A stretch of 64,000 nt of DNA from Coraliomargarita sp. (lineage in GTDB: Bacteria; Verrucomicrobiota; Verrucomicrobiia; Opitutales; Coraliomargaritaceae). Position numbers and translations under genes: made by a program. Below, in pieces: positions 32,118 through 43,507 of the stretch. Position 1 is the first letter of the stretch. Each line of letters begins with the position of its first letter. Where the stretch lies: positions 2,464,001 to 2,528,000 of the forward strand of contig OZ244160.1 in the NCBI GenBank assembly GCA_965216325.1, given 5' to 3'. The notes beneath the pieces were generated by a model. It was not told the origin of the DNA. It worked only from the letters and a program-made list of their open reading frames with translations, and did not search any database.

Positions 32118-32510
32118 CTACTTTGACTGCGTTTTAATTAGACTAGGTAGTTTGAATAAGCTGCCGATGTGAAAGATTGCCGACATGCTGATAAGTATAA
32201 TTAAGGCAATGTTTAGCTGGAGTGAGTAGATAATGTCCTGCTTGGATCGTTGTGACGGCGGGCTGTAGAGCATGACTTCATTGGTTCTATACCACCTGGT
32301 CTCGTGTTCGCTATTCTCTTCGGTAGAGACTGCCTTGATGTTTTTGAGTGCCTCTAGGACATCAGACGCTTTGGCGATGTCAGTGTTCTCTGTAGGTTCA
32401 GTGCTGCTGACCATGAGGACTGGCGTTGATTTCTCTATTTTGATTCCTGCGGAGAACATGAGTAGCCCGTGGATAATCACTGACGCGGTGATTAAAATTT
32501 TTACGTTCAT
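32118..32510 (-). CDS. Hypothetical membrane protein
   Basis: Two terminal hydrophobic segments; relatively AT-rich; start at MNVKIL. Confidence 0.55.
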   Translation of the reverse strand: MNVKILITASVIIHGLLMFSAGIKIEKSTPVLMVSSTEPTENTDIAKASDVLEALKNIKAVSTEENSEHETRWYRTNEVMLYSPPSQRSKQDIIYSLQLNIALIILISMSAIFHIGSLFKLPSLIKTQSK

Positions 32511-32563
32511 TCTGTCCTCTGGCGGTGGAGGCACACTCGGCTTTAGGTGTGTGGTGGGGAGGT

Positions 32564-34135
32564 CTATTCCTTGGGAATGCGTAGTGCGATGAGACAGACG
32601 TCGTCTGCCAGGTCGCTGCTTTGGGTGAAGTCTTGAACGGCCTGCAAGAGACCGTCGAGCATGATGGGAAGTTGATCGTTCCGGTGTTCGGTCAGGAAGT
32701 CGATCATGCGTTGCTCGCTGTATTCGTCGTCGCCTAAGGCTGCCTCCGCGATGCCGTCGGTGTAGAGCATAATCTCATCGCCGTGCTGAAGGTTTTTCGA
32801 ATGTTGGCTGTAGTCAATGTCCGGCAGTAAGCCTAATACAGGACCGATGTTGGCTTTTTGAAAGCCTTCAGCTTGCTGGCAGGCGTCTGCTGGGACAAAG
32901 ATGCCATGGCGCGCGCCTGCTTGGACGTAGCTGAGTTGCCGATTATTCAGGTCGAGATAGCAATAGGCTGCGGTCGCGAACATCATTTGTCCCGAGGGTT
33001 GCATCCCGTGGTGCAGAATTTTGTTCAGACGAGTCATGAATTCGGCCGGTTGAGTTGCGAACTCCGAGAGTTGCTGAACGGCGATTTGAATCATTGCGGT
33101 GACCATGGCTGCGCGCACCCCGTGGCCCATGACATCGGCAATCATGATGGCGGCCCCACCGTCTGGGGTTTTGGTCACGGAAAAGAAGTCGCCACTTTAG
33201 TGAAAGGAGGGCACGTATTTGGTCGCTACCTCCAGCAGGAGCTTGCCCTCAGTTGAGGCAAAGCTCGGCAAGCCTTGCTGCATCAGGGTGTCCTGCAGAT
33301 TGCGAGCCAGCATCAATTCCGACTGCATACGAGCGTGATTACGCTCCAGTTCTTCGTGGAGCTGCTTTTCTTCTGTGACGTCACGGGAGAGTCCGAATGA
33401 GCCGGCTAGGTAACCCGAGCGGGTGTGCAGTGGAAGTTTGCGTGAGGCGACCCAAGAGCGCACGCCATCGTGGTACACTTCTTCCTCTTTGTAGACTTCT
33501 TTGAGTTCACCTGTTGCGATCTTGCGTTCATCGTCGTAGGCATCTTGTGCGTGCACTTCGTCGAAGAAGTCGAAGTCGCATTTGCCGAGCACATCCTTAG
33601 GGGCTTGTTTTTCACAGCGATCGACGAGGTATTGACTGACGGCAAGGAAGCGTGAGTCGGCATCCTTGAAGTAGATATACTCATCGAGATGTTCCATCAT
33701 AGTCTGGAATAACCAGCGCGGTGAAACATTGTTGCTATAGTAATCGCCCGACACGGAGTTGTCCAAATTCAGTGCCTTACGCTTCGAGTGATACTGGGCT
33801 GCTTCAGCTAAACCGGATTGGAGTGATTCGGGTGTGTCTTTGCAAAAGAAGACCGCACGCCCCACACGAGGGTGGTGGTTGAGTTCATCGACTTTATCCG
33901 CATAGCGCTCCTGCTCTAAGATGAAGAGGGTGACGGGCGGCACGTTCCAATCACAGACGGTGGCCGCGAGTCGCTTGAGGTTACGAATACTGGGCCCTGC
34001 AATGAGGATCTCGATGTTGAGGTCGGATGCGGTGATCGGGAAACTGACTTCGCGCACATCCATCCCTGCAAAGTGTGGACTTTCACGTATCGCAGTCGCT
34101 GATGATGCATCGCATGAGATGTAGCAGACTGCCAT
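32564..34135 (-). pseudogene. PAS + SpoIIE/PP2C phosphatase (RsbU-like) split by an in-frame TAA at 33197-33199
   Basis: ORFs 33197..34135 and 32564..33178 are in the same frame: PSFH*SGDFFSVTKTPDGG..IADVMGHG..LYTDGI..DDVC. Confidence 0.85.
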
Positions 34136-34437
34136 GGTGATTTGAGGGGGAGAGGGTTGTTTCTGCCGCTCAGTGGAAGCGACACTCGGACCACTGTGGC
34201 TGAACCAGAGCTTTAGCTCAATCTATTTTAGATGTTTCAACGCTGAGTTCGGAGGCGGTTTGGTCAAGCTGTTGGGCGGTCCGCATCGGTGGTGTGAACG
34301 CGTCGTCGCCTGCCTCTGCAGGGGGTGTGAGGCTCCAGTGGAGAGTAGGCTGCTGGCGTGTGGCGCTTCCGGCATGTTGTATGATTCAGAGTCCAGCTCG
34401 TGTTGGACGGGTGAATCTGTGTGCCAGCCCGAAGGGC

Positions 34438-36753
34438 TTAGCCTTGTTCTTGTGCTAGGACGGCCACCTTAGTTTTTGCTGCGGCGTTGTTCGAGTTGAC
34501 GACTTTTAAGTAAAGGCGGGCCGATTCTTCTTTATTGACTGGTGTGCCGAGACCGCGCGCGTAGCAAATCGCGAGATTTGCGACTGCTTCCATGTGGTCC
34601 TGATCTGCAGCTTGCTTGAAGAGCGTAAAAGCCTTGGTGGCATTACGTGTGACACCTTCGCCACTGCTATAGCATACGGCGAGTTGATTGATGGAATTCA
34701 GATGGTCCCGATCAGCCGCTTGTGTATACCACTTGTAGGCTGCTTCTTTGTTCTTGTCGATTCCGGTGCCGTTGGTGAGGCGGCGCGCAATCTGATACAT
34801 TGCTTCAGTGTCGCCGCGCTCTGCAGCTTGCTGGAAGTAGCGGGACGCACGCTTTTCGTCAACGCGCACAGTGCCATCGCTGTAAACTTGGCCGAGGCGC
34901 AGTAGGGCGGCACGGTCTCCGAATTGAGCAGAGCGTTGCAGCCACTCAACGCCCTTGTTGGTGTCGCTGCGACCTGTAGTTCCATCAATGAAGGCCTCAC
35001 CTAGATAGTTCATTGCCGAGAGATTGTTTGCTTCGGCAGCTTTGGTGAACCACTCGAGACCGAGTCTCTTATCCTCAACAACTCCGATGTTCTCCATGTA
35101 GCAACGGCCAAGTTGGGCCATGCCCTCGGTTGAACCCATATCGGCCGCACGTTTATACCAGCTGTATGCTTTTTTTGCGTCCTTCGGGACGTGGATGCCT
35201 TCTTCGTAGCAGTGCCCCATTTTTACCATGCCAATCGGGTCGCCAATCTCGGCAGCCTTGCGGTAGTTGTCGAACGCGTCAAAAGGCTCTTTCCCTGCGA
35301 TTAAGCCATCTTCATAGATTTCGCCGAGTAACACCATGGACGGTGCGTGATCTTTACCCACAGCATCCTTCAGGTAGATGGTTGCTTCGAAGGCATCTTT
35401 TTCACCGCCCCAGCCGTTGAGTTCCGCGAGTGCCATGGAGTAGCTGCCGGCTGGGATGCCTTGTTGATCAAGTGCTCTCCATTGGTCAATGAGGACGTCG
35501 ATATACTCGCGATTGCGATCGAGTGTATATTCGTAAAAATCATATCCGTGGAAGGTGACCACATACGGACGGTAGTTGCGGTTGATGATTGCTTTCTCCA
35601 AATCGGCCATGGTTGGTTGCAGGCCAAAGAGTTTGAGTTTGAAATTCATCTCCTCCTGAAAGGGCAGTTGATCGCCAGTTTCGATTTCACGCAGTTGACT
35701 GAGGAGATCTGCTGAGATTGGCTCAAGCGCTTCATTTTCAGCCAGAGCGACGAGTCCTTTCATATTATTGCTGAGGTTCTCCGTGTTCTTCGCGAGGAAG
35801 GTCAGCATGAGGTCGTCACCAGTATGAACTGCCCAAAGTAATGGGTTTAGACGCACCCCGGAACTGCCGTTTTGAGAGGTGTTTGCGCTACTTTCAAGAT
35901 CCTCTGCTGTGGTGGATGCGTCAGCTTTGAGCAGGTAATTGGCAGCTTGAATTTCGCCTTTTTGAGCTGCAACAGAAAGGGCTGTCTGGCCATTTGCGTT
36001 GTATGCATCGATCTCGAATTCAAGCTCAATGAGTTTCTTTAGCATCATGGCACCGCCTTTGCCTTTCTGCACGCAGATCGTGAGCGCATCACCATGAATG
36101 TCAGAAGGGGGGAGGTAGCCAGCAGCGATGAATTTTTCGACTTGAGAGACGCGGCCGCTTTCGACTGCGTTGAGGAAGTCTTCGGTGTTCAATTTTAAGC
36201 CTGAGTCCATCAACTGGGCTGCAGCTTGGTCGCTTTCAATCAGTTTCTCGAGTGGCACCGCAAATTCATCGCCTGCGGGGGTCTGAATTTTGAGCTGGTT
36301 CCCAACCAGATCGATGAATGCTGCGCTTACAGTGCGACCATCAGTGCTGGTCCAAGTGCGCAAGAGGCCAGTTTCGTTGGCTTCATTGAGCATGCTTACG
36401 CGCTTTTGTACTGCTTCGTAGAGTGCTGTCAGGTTCTCCGCGCCCTTCTCGAGCATTTGAGTGCCTTCTTTGATCTTTTGTTTGCCGGCTTCACGTACGT
36501 GGCTGCGATCAATTGTGAACTTATCCAGTTTTGAATAACGATCTTCAGTGGCAGCTTCCTCTTTGCCAGCCTGAATCAGGCGCACCGCTCTACGGACGCG
36601 GTCTTGCTCTCTTTTTTCGACCTGTCTCTCGTTCGCGCTGAGTTCGAGGCCTTCAGGGCGCTGTAGTGTCGACAAGTCGATGCCTGCAACGGTCTTTGCG
36701 GAGAGCGAGCAACTAATAAGAAATACGAGAACTAATGGGGCAATTCGTAACAT
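34438..36753 (-). CDS. Secreted SHD1 + ankyrin + Sel1-repeat protein
   Basis: Signal peptide; RTWTSTDGRTVSA (SHD1-like); GQTALSVAA and NPLLWAV (ankyrin); multiple LG.CY..G.GV..D...A..W...AA Sel1 repeats. Confidence 0.85.
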   Translation of the reverse strand: MLRIAPLVLVFLISCSLSAKTVAGIDLSTLQRPEGLELSANERQVEKREQDRVRRAVRLIQAGKEEAATEDRYSKLDKFTIDRSHVREAGKQKIKEGTQMLEKGAENLTALYEAVQKRVSMLNEANETGLLRTWTSTDGRTVSAAFIDLVGNQLKIQTPAGDEFAVPLEKLIESDQAAAQLMDSGLKLNTEDFLNAVESGRVSQVEKFIAAGYLPPSDIHGDALTICVQKGKGGAMMLKKLIELEFEIDAYNANGQTALSVAAQKGEIQAANYLLKADASTTAEDLESSANTSQNGSSGVRLNPLLWAVHTGDDLMLTFLAKNTENLSNNMKGLVALAENEALEPISADLLSQLREIETGDQLPFQEEMNFKLKLFGLQPTMADLEKAIINRNYRPYVVTFHGYDFYEYTLDRNREYIDVLIDQWRALDQQGIPAGSYSMALAELNGWGGEKDAFEATIYLKDAVGKDHAPSMVLLGEIYEDGLIAGKEPFDAFDNYRKAAEIGDPIGMVKMGHCYEEGIHVPKDAKKAYSWYKRAADMGSTEGMAQLGRCYMENIGVVEDKRLGLEWFTKAAEANNLSAMNYLGEAFIDGTTGRSDTNKGVEWLQRSAQFGDRAALLRLGQVYSDGTVRVDEKRASRYFQQAAERGDTEAMYQIARRLTNGTGIDKNKEAAYKWYTQAADRDHLNSINQLAVCYSSGEGVTRNATKAFTLFKQAADQDHMEAVANLAICYARGLGTPVNKEESARLYLKVVNSNNAAAKTKVAVLAQEQG

Positions 36754-36901
36754 CAGGTTTTTATATTCTGTGATAATTTGGGATTTCAGAAGGGATCTAG
36801 TCCACGGAAGGGGTCATAGCAAAGTGGCTTCGGCCTCGAAGTCTATAGCATATTCGTCGATTGAGCGTGATTCGTGATCTTTTTAACAACGAAGATCGCC
36901 G

Positions 36902-37579
36902 CTAGTAGCGAATTGATTTTAGACCAAAGCCAGCTTCGGTTAGGATTTCGAAGGCTTGTTGGCTGTGGTCCAGTAACTTTGCCAGATTGGGCCGCATGAG
37001 GAGCTGGAAGTTCATACCAGTCTCGGTGACGACGATATGTAGGTCGAGGCTAGGCAATTTGAGTTCAAAACTGGAGGCGTTCGGAGCATAATCGAGGCGA
37101 TCCGCGAGCTCTGGGATTGCCTCGATGCAGTCGATTTTGGCTTCCAAGTCGACTGCTTGCGCAAATTCGATTTCGAGGCGATCACAATGGTGGCCGAAAC
37201 ACTGGTGAAAGCGGCTGTCTTGAGCGATTTGCGGATTGTGTAGATGAGTGATCGTGGTGCTGAGCACGTAGTTCTTGGGGTCTTCGTTGGACTGGTCGAC
37301 GTAGATCTCGAGGTCGAAGTCGGGCGTTTTGATCAATGCGGAGCCGTCTTCACAGCTGTAGTCGAGTTCGCGGCGCTTGTAGCCGAACAGTTCCCGCAGG
37401 TCGCGATGCAGTCCTTCGGCGGTGGATTCGACCTCGGGATGGCCTATTTTGCGGACGAAGCCCTGCGCGGCTGTTGAACAGGCATCGGGCACATGGTGGT
37501 GCTTGGAGAATCCGCTGAGTTTACGGATGCGGCCAGTGCTGGAGCCTGTGAGGCGGGTGGATACAGGGCGGTCGGTCAT
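36902..37579 (-). CDS. Hypothetical protein
   Basis: 225-aa ORF with normal composition; no family recognised. Confidence 0.7.
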   Translation of the reverse strand: MTDRPVSTRLTGSSTGRIRKLSGFSKHHHVPDACSTAAQGFVRKIGHPEVESTAEGLHRDLRELFGYKRRELDYSCEDGSALIKTPDFDLEIYVDQSNEDPKNYVLSTTITHLHNPQIAQDSRFHQCFGHHCDRLEIEFAQAVDLEAKIDCIEAIPELADRLDYAPNASSFELKLPSLDLHIVVTETGMNFQLLMRPNLAKLLDHSQQAFEILTEAGFGLKSIRY

Positions 37580-37727
37580 GTTGGAGTATCGAATTCTGAC
37601 TCTTCGCGCATTTTGGGCGCGGATTCAACGCTCAAAAACAGGTCTAAATCCCTGACAGAAAAGCGCAGAATGTGCTTTACAAGATCGCCGTGAAGCTGTG
37701 TTTTGCTCGGCTTTCCAAAAATTTCTC

Positions 37728-37919
37728 ATGCAGAAAACACGTAAATCCATCGCCAAACGCTTCAAGAAGACAGGCACCGGTAAGCTCTTGCGTCGCACGC
37801 CAGGCCACCGTCACCTTCTTCGCAACAAGAGTGTGAAGCAACGCCGCCGTGCTGGTAGCAGCAAGCTCGTCGCTGACGGGCAACGCGCTAACATCATCCG
37901 CGCTTTGCCATTCGCTTAA
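37728..37919 (+). CDS. rpmI: 50S ribosomal protein L35
   Basis: MQKTRKSIAKRFKKTGTGK..GHRHLL. Confidence 0.97.
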   Translation: MQKTRKSIAKRFKKTGTGKLLRRTPGHRHLLRNKSVKQRRRAGSSKLVADGQRANIIRALPFA

Positions 37920-38007
37920 GTCGTCGAACGTTTGACAACAAGAACTCACGCTCGCCGGGTAACATGAAAATGGGCGACCTGGCAGCGACCTAAACGAGAG
38001 AGATACA

Positions 38008-38376
<369 letters not shown>

Positions 38377-38402
38377 CACTCAGACGAAACTCTGATTTTA
38401 AT

Positions 38403-38438
38403 AAAAAGGCCGATCCGTTTAACGGGTCGGCCTTTTTG
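38403..38438 (+). terminator. Intrinsic terminator after rplT (probably bidirectional)
   Basis: AAAAAGGCCGATCCG-TTTAA-CGGGTCGGCCTTTTT. Confidence 0.9.
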
Positions 38439-38635
38439 TTGTGTGAGTGCTGAGGTCGGGCAGTTTCGCGAGACTGTTGCTTGTAGAACGTGCGAATATT
38501 ACTCTCAGGTTGGCGAGCGTATTGCGAGCGGCCGTCACGGCGTACCTTAAGTTGGCCTCCTGGCTAGAATTCGGCCTGTTTAATGGTTTTCTCGAAGCAG
38601 TGATGAATGGATGCCGCTGGGTGGGGGCGCTGCAT

Positions 38636-41600
38636 CTACTCGCTCTCGTAAATCAGCTCGCCTTGTTGGATGGCGTTTTGGAGTAGGCTGAGATCATCGA
38701 TGAAGCTATAGTTCTCTTTGTCACCCCAGTTCCAAGTGCGTCCGAGGATGTAATGACGAATCGTGGTGCCTTCTTCGACTGCTGGGATGGTCACTGTGTC
38801 GGATACAGTGCTAATGACTTGAGCTGCCATGTCGCCCTCACGCTCGAGTTTGGAGATGACGACTAGATTGTCGTTTACTTGGTAAATATGGTCGATTTTG
38901 ACGGACCAGCCTGCGTCAGGCGTGTCGATGCGAACCGTGACTTTCTGGGTTTGTGCAGTGCTAGTTGGGAGCGAGGCTGGATTTGCTTCGCCAAAGGAAC
39001 CCGCCATGGCCTTGCTTAGATTCTTGGGGTTGAGGTGTTTCTTGATGGCGGCGTTTACATCTGCGGCCGTGATGCTGTCGAGTTGCTGCGGGTATAGATC
39101 GACGTAGTCAGCGCCCATGCCGCGCTGCACGAAGCTGTGGACTTGCCCCGCGATACTGCCAGTGGTGGACAGTCTCACCATGTAGGATCCTTTGAGGGTT
39201 TGGATTGCAGCTTGGACTTCCTCTTCAGTGACGCCGTTGGCATACCAGTCTTTGAGCACGCTGTCGGTGGCATTGAGTCCATCGTTGAGCATTGCCGGTG
39301 CAAGGCTGACGCCGAGTTGCCAATTGCCTGCAGTCATAATGTCGCCGGTGTGATGGCTGTAGATGCTGTAGGTCAGGCCCCGTTTTTTGCGCACTTCCTG
39401 CATGAGCTTTGAGCTAAAGCTGCCTCCGAGTAGATAGTTGCCGACCATAAACGGTAGATACTCCTCATCGGTGCGTCGTAGTTCGGTGTTGTAACCGTAG
39501 CGGACTGAGACGCTCGGCTTGTCACTGATCCGAATGCGCTCGCTGCGTGCTTCGTTTTCGAGGGCTGCAGGGTGCTCGGCCGGATAATCGACGCCTCCGC
39601 TCCAATCGCCAAATGCGGTTTCAACTGCCGCGCTGAGTTGGTCGAAGTTGATGTCACCGGCAAAGACTAATGTCATCGACTTCGGTCCATAGTGCTCAGT
39701 GTGAAAGGTCCGAATGTCTTCGATTGTAGTCTCATCTAGATCGGCGAGCAATGTCTCGATCTTTTCACTGTAATTGGGGTGGCCGACCGGATAGAGTTGG
39801 CGGCTCAACTCGGCTTCGGCAAGATAGTCCGTGCTCTCCAGTGCTTGGAGTAGGCCGGCTTTCTGGCGTGTTTTGAGTGTTTCTAGCACGTCGGGGTCAA
39901 ATGCTGGCAGGCGCAGTTGCTCAGCCAGTAGGCCCATTACAAGTCCCGCGTCATTGCTGAGGAATTGCCCGGAGAAACTTAGGCTATGCGAGTCGGCTGC
40001 AAAGGTGATTCCCGCGCCGAGGGTGTCGAGTCGTTTGGCGATAGCGAAGCGATCATTGCGCTCGGTTCCCTGGTCAAGCATAGCTGCAGTCAGGCTAGCC
40101 AAGGTCGGAGCATCGGCTGGGCTGAGGCTGTCACCAGCTGCGAAGCTCCCCACAAACGAGACTACGTCGTTGATCGGCACATCGATCGCGATGAGCTCGA
40201 TTCCACCGATCGTAGTGCGCTGCATTTTACTGGCGAAGTCGACTACGGTTGGTGCGCTTGGGCTGAGTTCTGCTGGCGAGGATGGATGGTTTTGTTCGGA
40301 GTCGAAGATCTCGGGGTCGCGAAAATAGTTGGGGCCATGGATGCGCCCGTTGTCGCTGGCCACGGTTGTGTCTTGTGGCACGAACCAGCCGGTGGTGCTG
40401 TTGCGCGGGATAAAGTAGTCTCTCGCGACTCGCTGGATATCTTCGATGGTTACGTTTTGAATGGCCTCTGGAATGGTCACGTAGGTTGTCCAGTCACCCA
40501 TTGCGATGGCTTCGTTGATCTCCGAGGCTATGGCATATGGGCCGTCACGACCATACACGGTGTTGGCTTGAATCACCGATTTTGCTCGGGCGAGTTCGTC
40601 CTGGGAGACGCCGTTTGCGACGACTCTGCCAATTTCGTCCAACATAATCGACTCGGTTTCTTCATGTGTGGCATCGGGCGTCATGTAGGCGGCGAAGAAA
40701 AACAGGCTCGGGTCGCGAAGTTGTGGGGCAAAGGTGTAGGTGGCGCTTGCCTTGCCTTTGTCGTCGAGTGCTCGGTAGAGGCGGCCCGTCTTGTCAGCGC
40801 CGATCATTTGTTGCAGGAGCCAAAGTGCGGCCCAGTCATCGTGCGTGCCGGCCGGCACTTTGTAGGCAATGGCGACCACCCCAACTTGGCCTGGGCGCTC
40901 GATGGTTAGGCGGCGTGCTCCAAGCTGCTCAGGCTCAATCGTTTCTACTTGAGGGATGGGGTTGGGGGAGTTGGGGACTTCGGCATAGTGCTCGATGATC
41001 GCATCCAGTGTGTGGACTTTGTCAAAGCCGCCAATGATGGTCAGGTAGGTGTTTTCTGGCCAATAGAAGATGTCGTAAAATTCGCGCAGTTTCTGCGTAT
41101 TCGTGTTTTCTATATCAGAGAGCCAGCCGATGGTTGGGTGTCCATATGGCTGTGCCATAAAGGCGGTGGCGTAGATTTCTTTGATTAAAGTGCGAATCGG
41201 GTTGTTCTCGCCGCGCTCATATTCGTTGCGGACGACGGTCATTTCAGATGCCAGATCTTCCTCGCGAATGCGTAGGTTGCGCATGCGGTCTGCCTCCAAT
41301 TCAATCGCGAGTGAAACATACTCACTGGGTAGGACGGCATAGTAGTTGGTGCGGTCGAAGTAGGTGGTGGCGTTGGAGCGCGCACCGATTCGCTCCATTT
41401 GGCTGGAGTAATCCGAGCCGTCACTGCTGTTGAAGCGCTCTGTGCCTTTGAACATCATGTGCTCCAAGATATGAGTCGCGCCGGTGGTGCCGGTCACTTC
41501 GTTGCGCGAGCCGACCATATAGGTCACCATGACGCTGGCCACAGGGAGGCACTTGTTGGGAACCAGCAGCACGCGTAGGTTGTTACTCGTCAGCTGATAC

Positions 41601-41731
41601 TCCTCGATTCCGTTGAGCGTTTGGATGTGCTCAACCCCATCGGGGAGCGATGCGTCCGGTGCGGGGTTGTTCGCCCCAAATAGGCTGGCGCTGATCGCGA
41701 GGGATGAAAGAAAAAGACTTAGAAACTTCAT
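38636..41731 (-). CDS. M16 (pitrilysin/PqqL-like) zinc protease, secreted
   Basis: HILEHMMFKGT (HxxEH), NATT, EADRM, HPTIG, EVRKKRGLTY; extra C-terminal domain. Confidence 0.93.
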   Translation of the reverse strand: MKFLSLFLSSLAISASLFGANNPAPDASLPDGVEHIQTLNGIEEYQLTSNNLRVLLVPNKCLPVASVMVTYMVGSRNEVTGTTGATHILEHMMFKGTERFNSSDGSDYSSQMERIGARSNATTYFDRTNYYAVLPSEYVSLAIELEADRMRNLRIREEDLASEMTVVRNEYERGENNPIRTLIKEIYATAFMAQPYGHPTIGWLSDIENTNTQKLREFYDIFYWPENTYLTIIGGFDKVHTLDAIIEHYAEVPNSPNPIPQVETIEPEQLGARRLTIERPGQVGVVAIAYKVPAGTHDDWAALWLLQQMIGADKTGRLYRALDDKGKASATYTFAPQLRDPSLFFFAAYMTPDATHEETESIMLDEIGRVVANGVSQDELARAKSVIQANTVYGRDGPYAIASEINEAIAMGDWTTYVTIPEAIQNVTIEDIQRVARDYFIPRNSTTGWFVPQDTTVASDNGRIHGPNYFRDPEIFDSEQNHPSSPAELSPSAPTVVDFASKMQRTTIGGIELIAIDVPINDVVSFVGSFAAGDSLSPADAPTLASLTAAMLDQGTERNDRFAIAKRLDTLGAGITFAADSHSLSFSGQFLSNDAGLVMGLLAEQLRLPAFDPDVLETLKTRQKAGLLQALESTDYLAEAELSRQLYPVGHPNYSEKIETLLADLDETTIEDIRTFHTEHYGPKSMTLVFAGDINFDQLSAAVETAFGDWSGGVDYPAEHPAALENEARSERIRISDKPSVSVRYGYNTELRRTDEEYLPFMVGNYLLGGSFSSKLMQEVRKKRGLTYSIYSHHTGDIMTAGNWQLGVSLAPAMLNDGLNATDSVLKDWYANGVTEEEVQAAIQTLKGSYMVRLSTTGSIAGQVHSFVQRGMGADYVDLYPQQLDSITAADVNAAIKKHLNPKNLSKAMAGSFGEANPASLPTSTAQTQKVTVRIDTPDAGWSVKIDHIYQVNDNLVVISKLEREGDMAAQVISTVSDTVTIPAVEEGTTIRHYILGRTWNWGDKENYSFIDDLSLLQNAIQQGELIYESE

Positions 41732-41799
41732 TGCAGTTGAGTGGAAGAGTCAACAAGTGGGCACAATGGTTCCCTCTTCCTTAACTGCAAGTATTCCGC

Positions 41800-42717
41800 C
41801 TAATCTTTTTGAGCTTCTTCAGCTTCGAGTTGATTGAGGTCCTTTGATGTCAGGAGATCGATCAACTTCTTCATCGCAGGTGTGAGGACTCGGCCCTTGC
41901 GGTGAATGAGTGCCAGCGGACGCTTGTACACCTGATTACTGAAGGTGAGGACCTTGAGCAAGCCTTGAGCTTCTTCTCGAGTCACCGTGGTGCGTGGCAG
42001 GATGGCGATACCAGCGTTGATTTCGACCGCTCGTTTGACAGTCTCGACGTTGTCGAACTCCATGACCGGGTCGGCTTCGATATTGGCTTCTTTGAAAATC
42101 TGATCGGTGGCTTTACGGGTCGGAATATCTGGCTCGAAGCCGATAAACTTTTGTCCTGCGACGTCTTGGATGTCAAGTTCGCTACGGCCTGCGAATTCGT
42201 GGTCGGGGCTAACGACTAGCACGAGTTCGTCATCGTGGAACGGCAGCACCTCGAGTTGCTTGTGCTTCTGTGGGTATGCGATGAGTCCGAGGTCGATCGA
42301 GTTGGTTAGCACGTCCTCGTAGACCATATTCGCACGGCGGTATTCCACACGCACATTGACTTCCGGATACTTGGCCAGGAAGACTTTTACATAAGGTGGT
42401 AGCTCGTGTAGCCCAATGCTGTAAACAGTGGAAATGTGAATGGTGCCGCTGATGACCTTCTTCATCTCTTGCAACTCGCTGTTCAGCTTGTCGTAGAGGT
42501 AGAGGATCTCCTTTGCAGATTCGTAGAGCTTTTGACCTTCGCGCGTTAGGCGAAATTGTTTCTGGCTGCGATCAACAATCAGAATGTTGAAGTGTTTTTC
42601 CATCGCACGCAGTTGCTGGCTCACCGCAGATTGGGTGATGCCATTGAGTTTGGCCGCGCGGGAGAAGCTCTCGCTTTCCACAAGATCAGAAAAGATTTTA
42701 AAATTTTCTACGTGCAT
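41800..42717 (-). CDS. LysR-family transcriptional regulator
   Basis: SFSRAAKLNGITQSAVSQQLR HTH plus substrate-binding domain. Confidence 0.95.
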   Translation of the reverse strand: MHVENFKIFSDLVESESFSRAAKLNGITQSAVSQQLRAMEKHFNILIVDRSQKQFRLTREGQKLYESAKEILYLYDKLNSELQEMKKVISGTIHISTVYSIGLHELPPYVKVFLAKYPEVNVRVEYRRANMVYEDVLTNSIDLGLIAYPQKHKQLEVLPFHDDELVLVVSPDHEFAGRSELDIQDVAGQKFIGFEPDIPTRKATDQIFKEANIEADPVMEFDNVETVKRAVEINAGIAILPRTTVTREEAQGLLKVLTFSNQVYKRPLALIHRKGRVLTPAMKKLIDLLTSKDLNQLEAEEAQKD

Positions 42718-42811
42718 ATGGTGGGTGTATAATTACAACTAATAGGAAATCAAGAATTTAGATAGAAAAACTTATGTTAGGTTTTCTTATATCTGTGTTT
42801 CCTAATAGCCC

Positions 42812-43507
42812 ATGCTTACTTTTACTGAATTTGAAGCGAATCTGACCGCAGTGCGTGCTCGTATCGAGGCTGCATGCTTAGCTGCTCAGCGTTCCAAAGA
42901 CAGTGTTCAATTGCTTCCTGTGACTAAAAATCATCCCGAGGATGCGGTGTCCTATGCTGCGCGTGCTGGGTTGAGGTCTGTCGGGGAGAATCGCGTTCAA
43001 GAGGCAGCTGAGAAGCGCCAATTGACGACCGCTGATGTGCGCTGGGAACTAATTGGGCATCTGCAGTCGAATAAGGTGAAGGACGCTGTTGCCGTTTTCG
43101 ACCGTATTCAATCGGTGGATTCCCTGAAACTCCTGCATCGGATCGACCGACTCTGTGGAGAGGTGGGCAAGCAAATGCCAATTCTATTACAGTGTAATGC
43201 AGGCGAAGATCCGAATAAGTATGGTTTTCCGGTCGAGCATATGTCGGCGGCACTCGAAGCTGGACTTGATGCGAAGGCATTGCAAATCGAGGGCTTGATG
43301 ACAATTGCACCGCTTGACGAAGACCCGAATGTGGCGCGTGCTACTTTTGAGCGGCTTCGTATTTTAAGGGATGAGTTGGAGCAGCGGTTTGCGGTGTTGC
43401 TGCCGGAGCTCTCTATGGGGATGACCGGGGATCTTGAACAAGCGATTGCAGCGGGCTCGACTCAGATTCGTGTTGGCACAGCACTGTATGGCGCACGTGT
43501 TTACTGA
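42812..43507 (+). CDS. yggS: PLP homeostasis protein (YggS family)
   Basis: LPVTK, GENRVQE, IGHLQSNK, LSMGMTGD, IRVGT. Confidence 0.95.
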   Translation: MLTFTEFEANLTAVRARIEAACLAAQRSKDSVQLLPVTKNHPEDAVSYAARAGLRSVGENRVQEAAEKRQLTTADVRWELIGHLQSNKVKDAVAVFDRIQSVDSLKLLHRIDRLCGEVGKQMPILLQCNAGEDPNKYGFPVEHMSAALEAGLDAKALQIEGLMTIAPLDEDPNVARATFERLRILRDELEQRFAVLLPELSMGMTGDLEQAIAAGSTQIRVGTALYGARVY

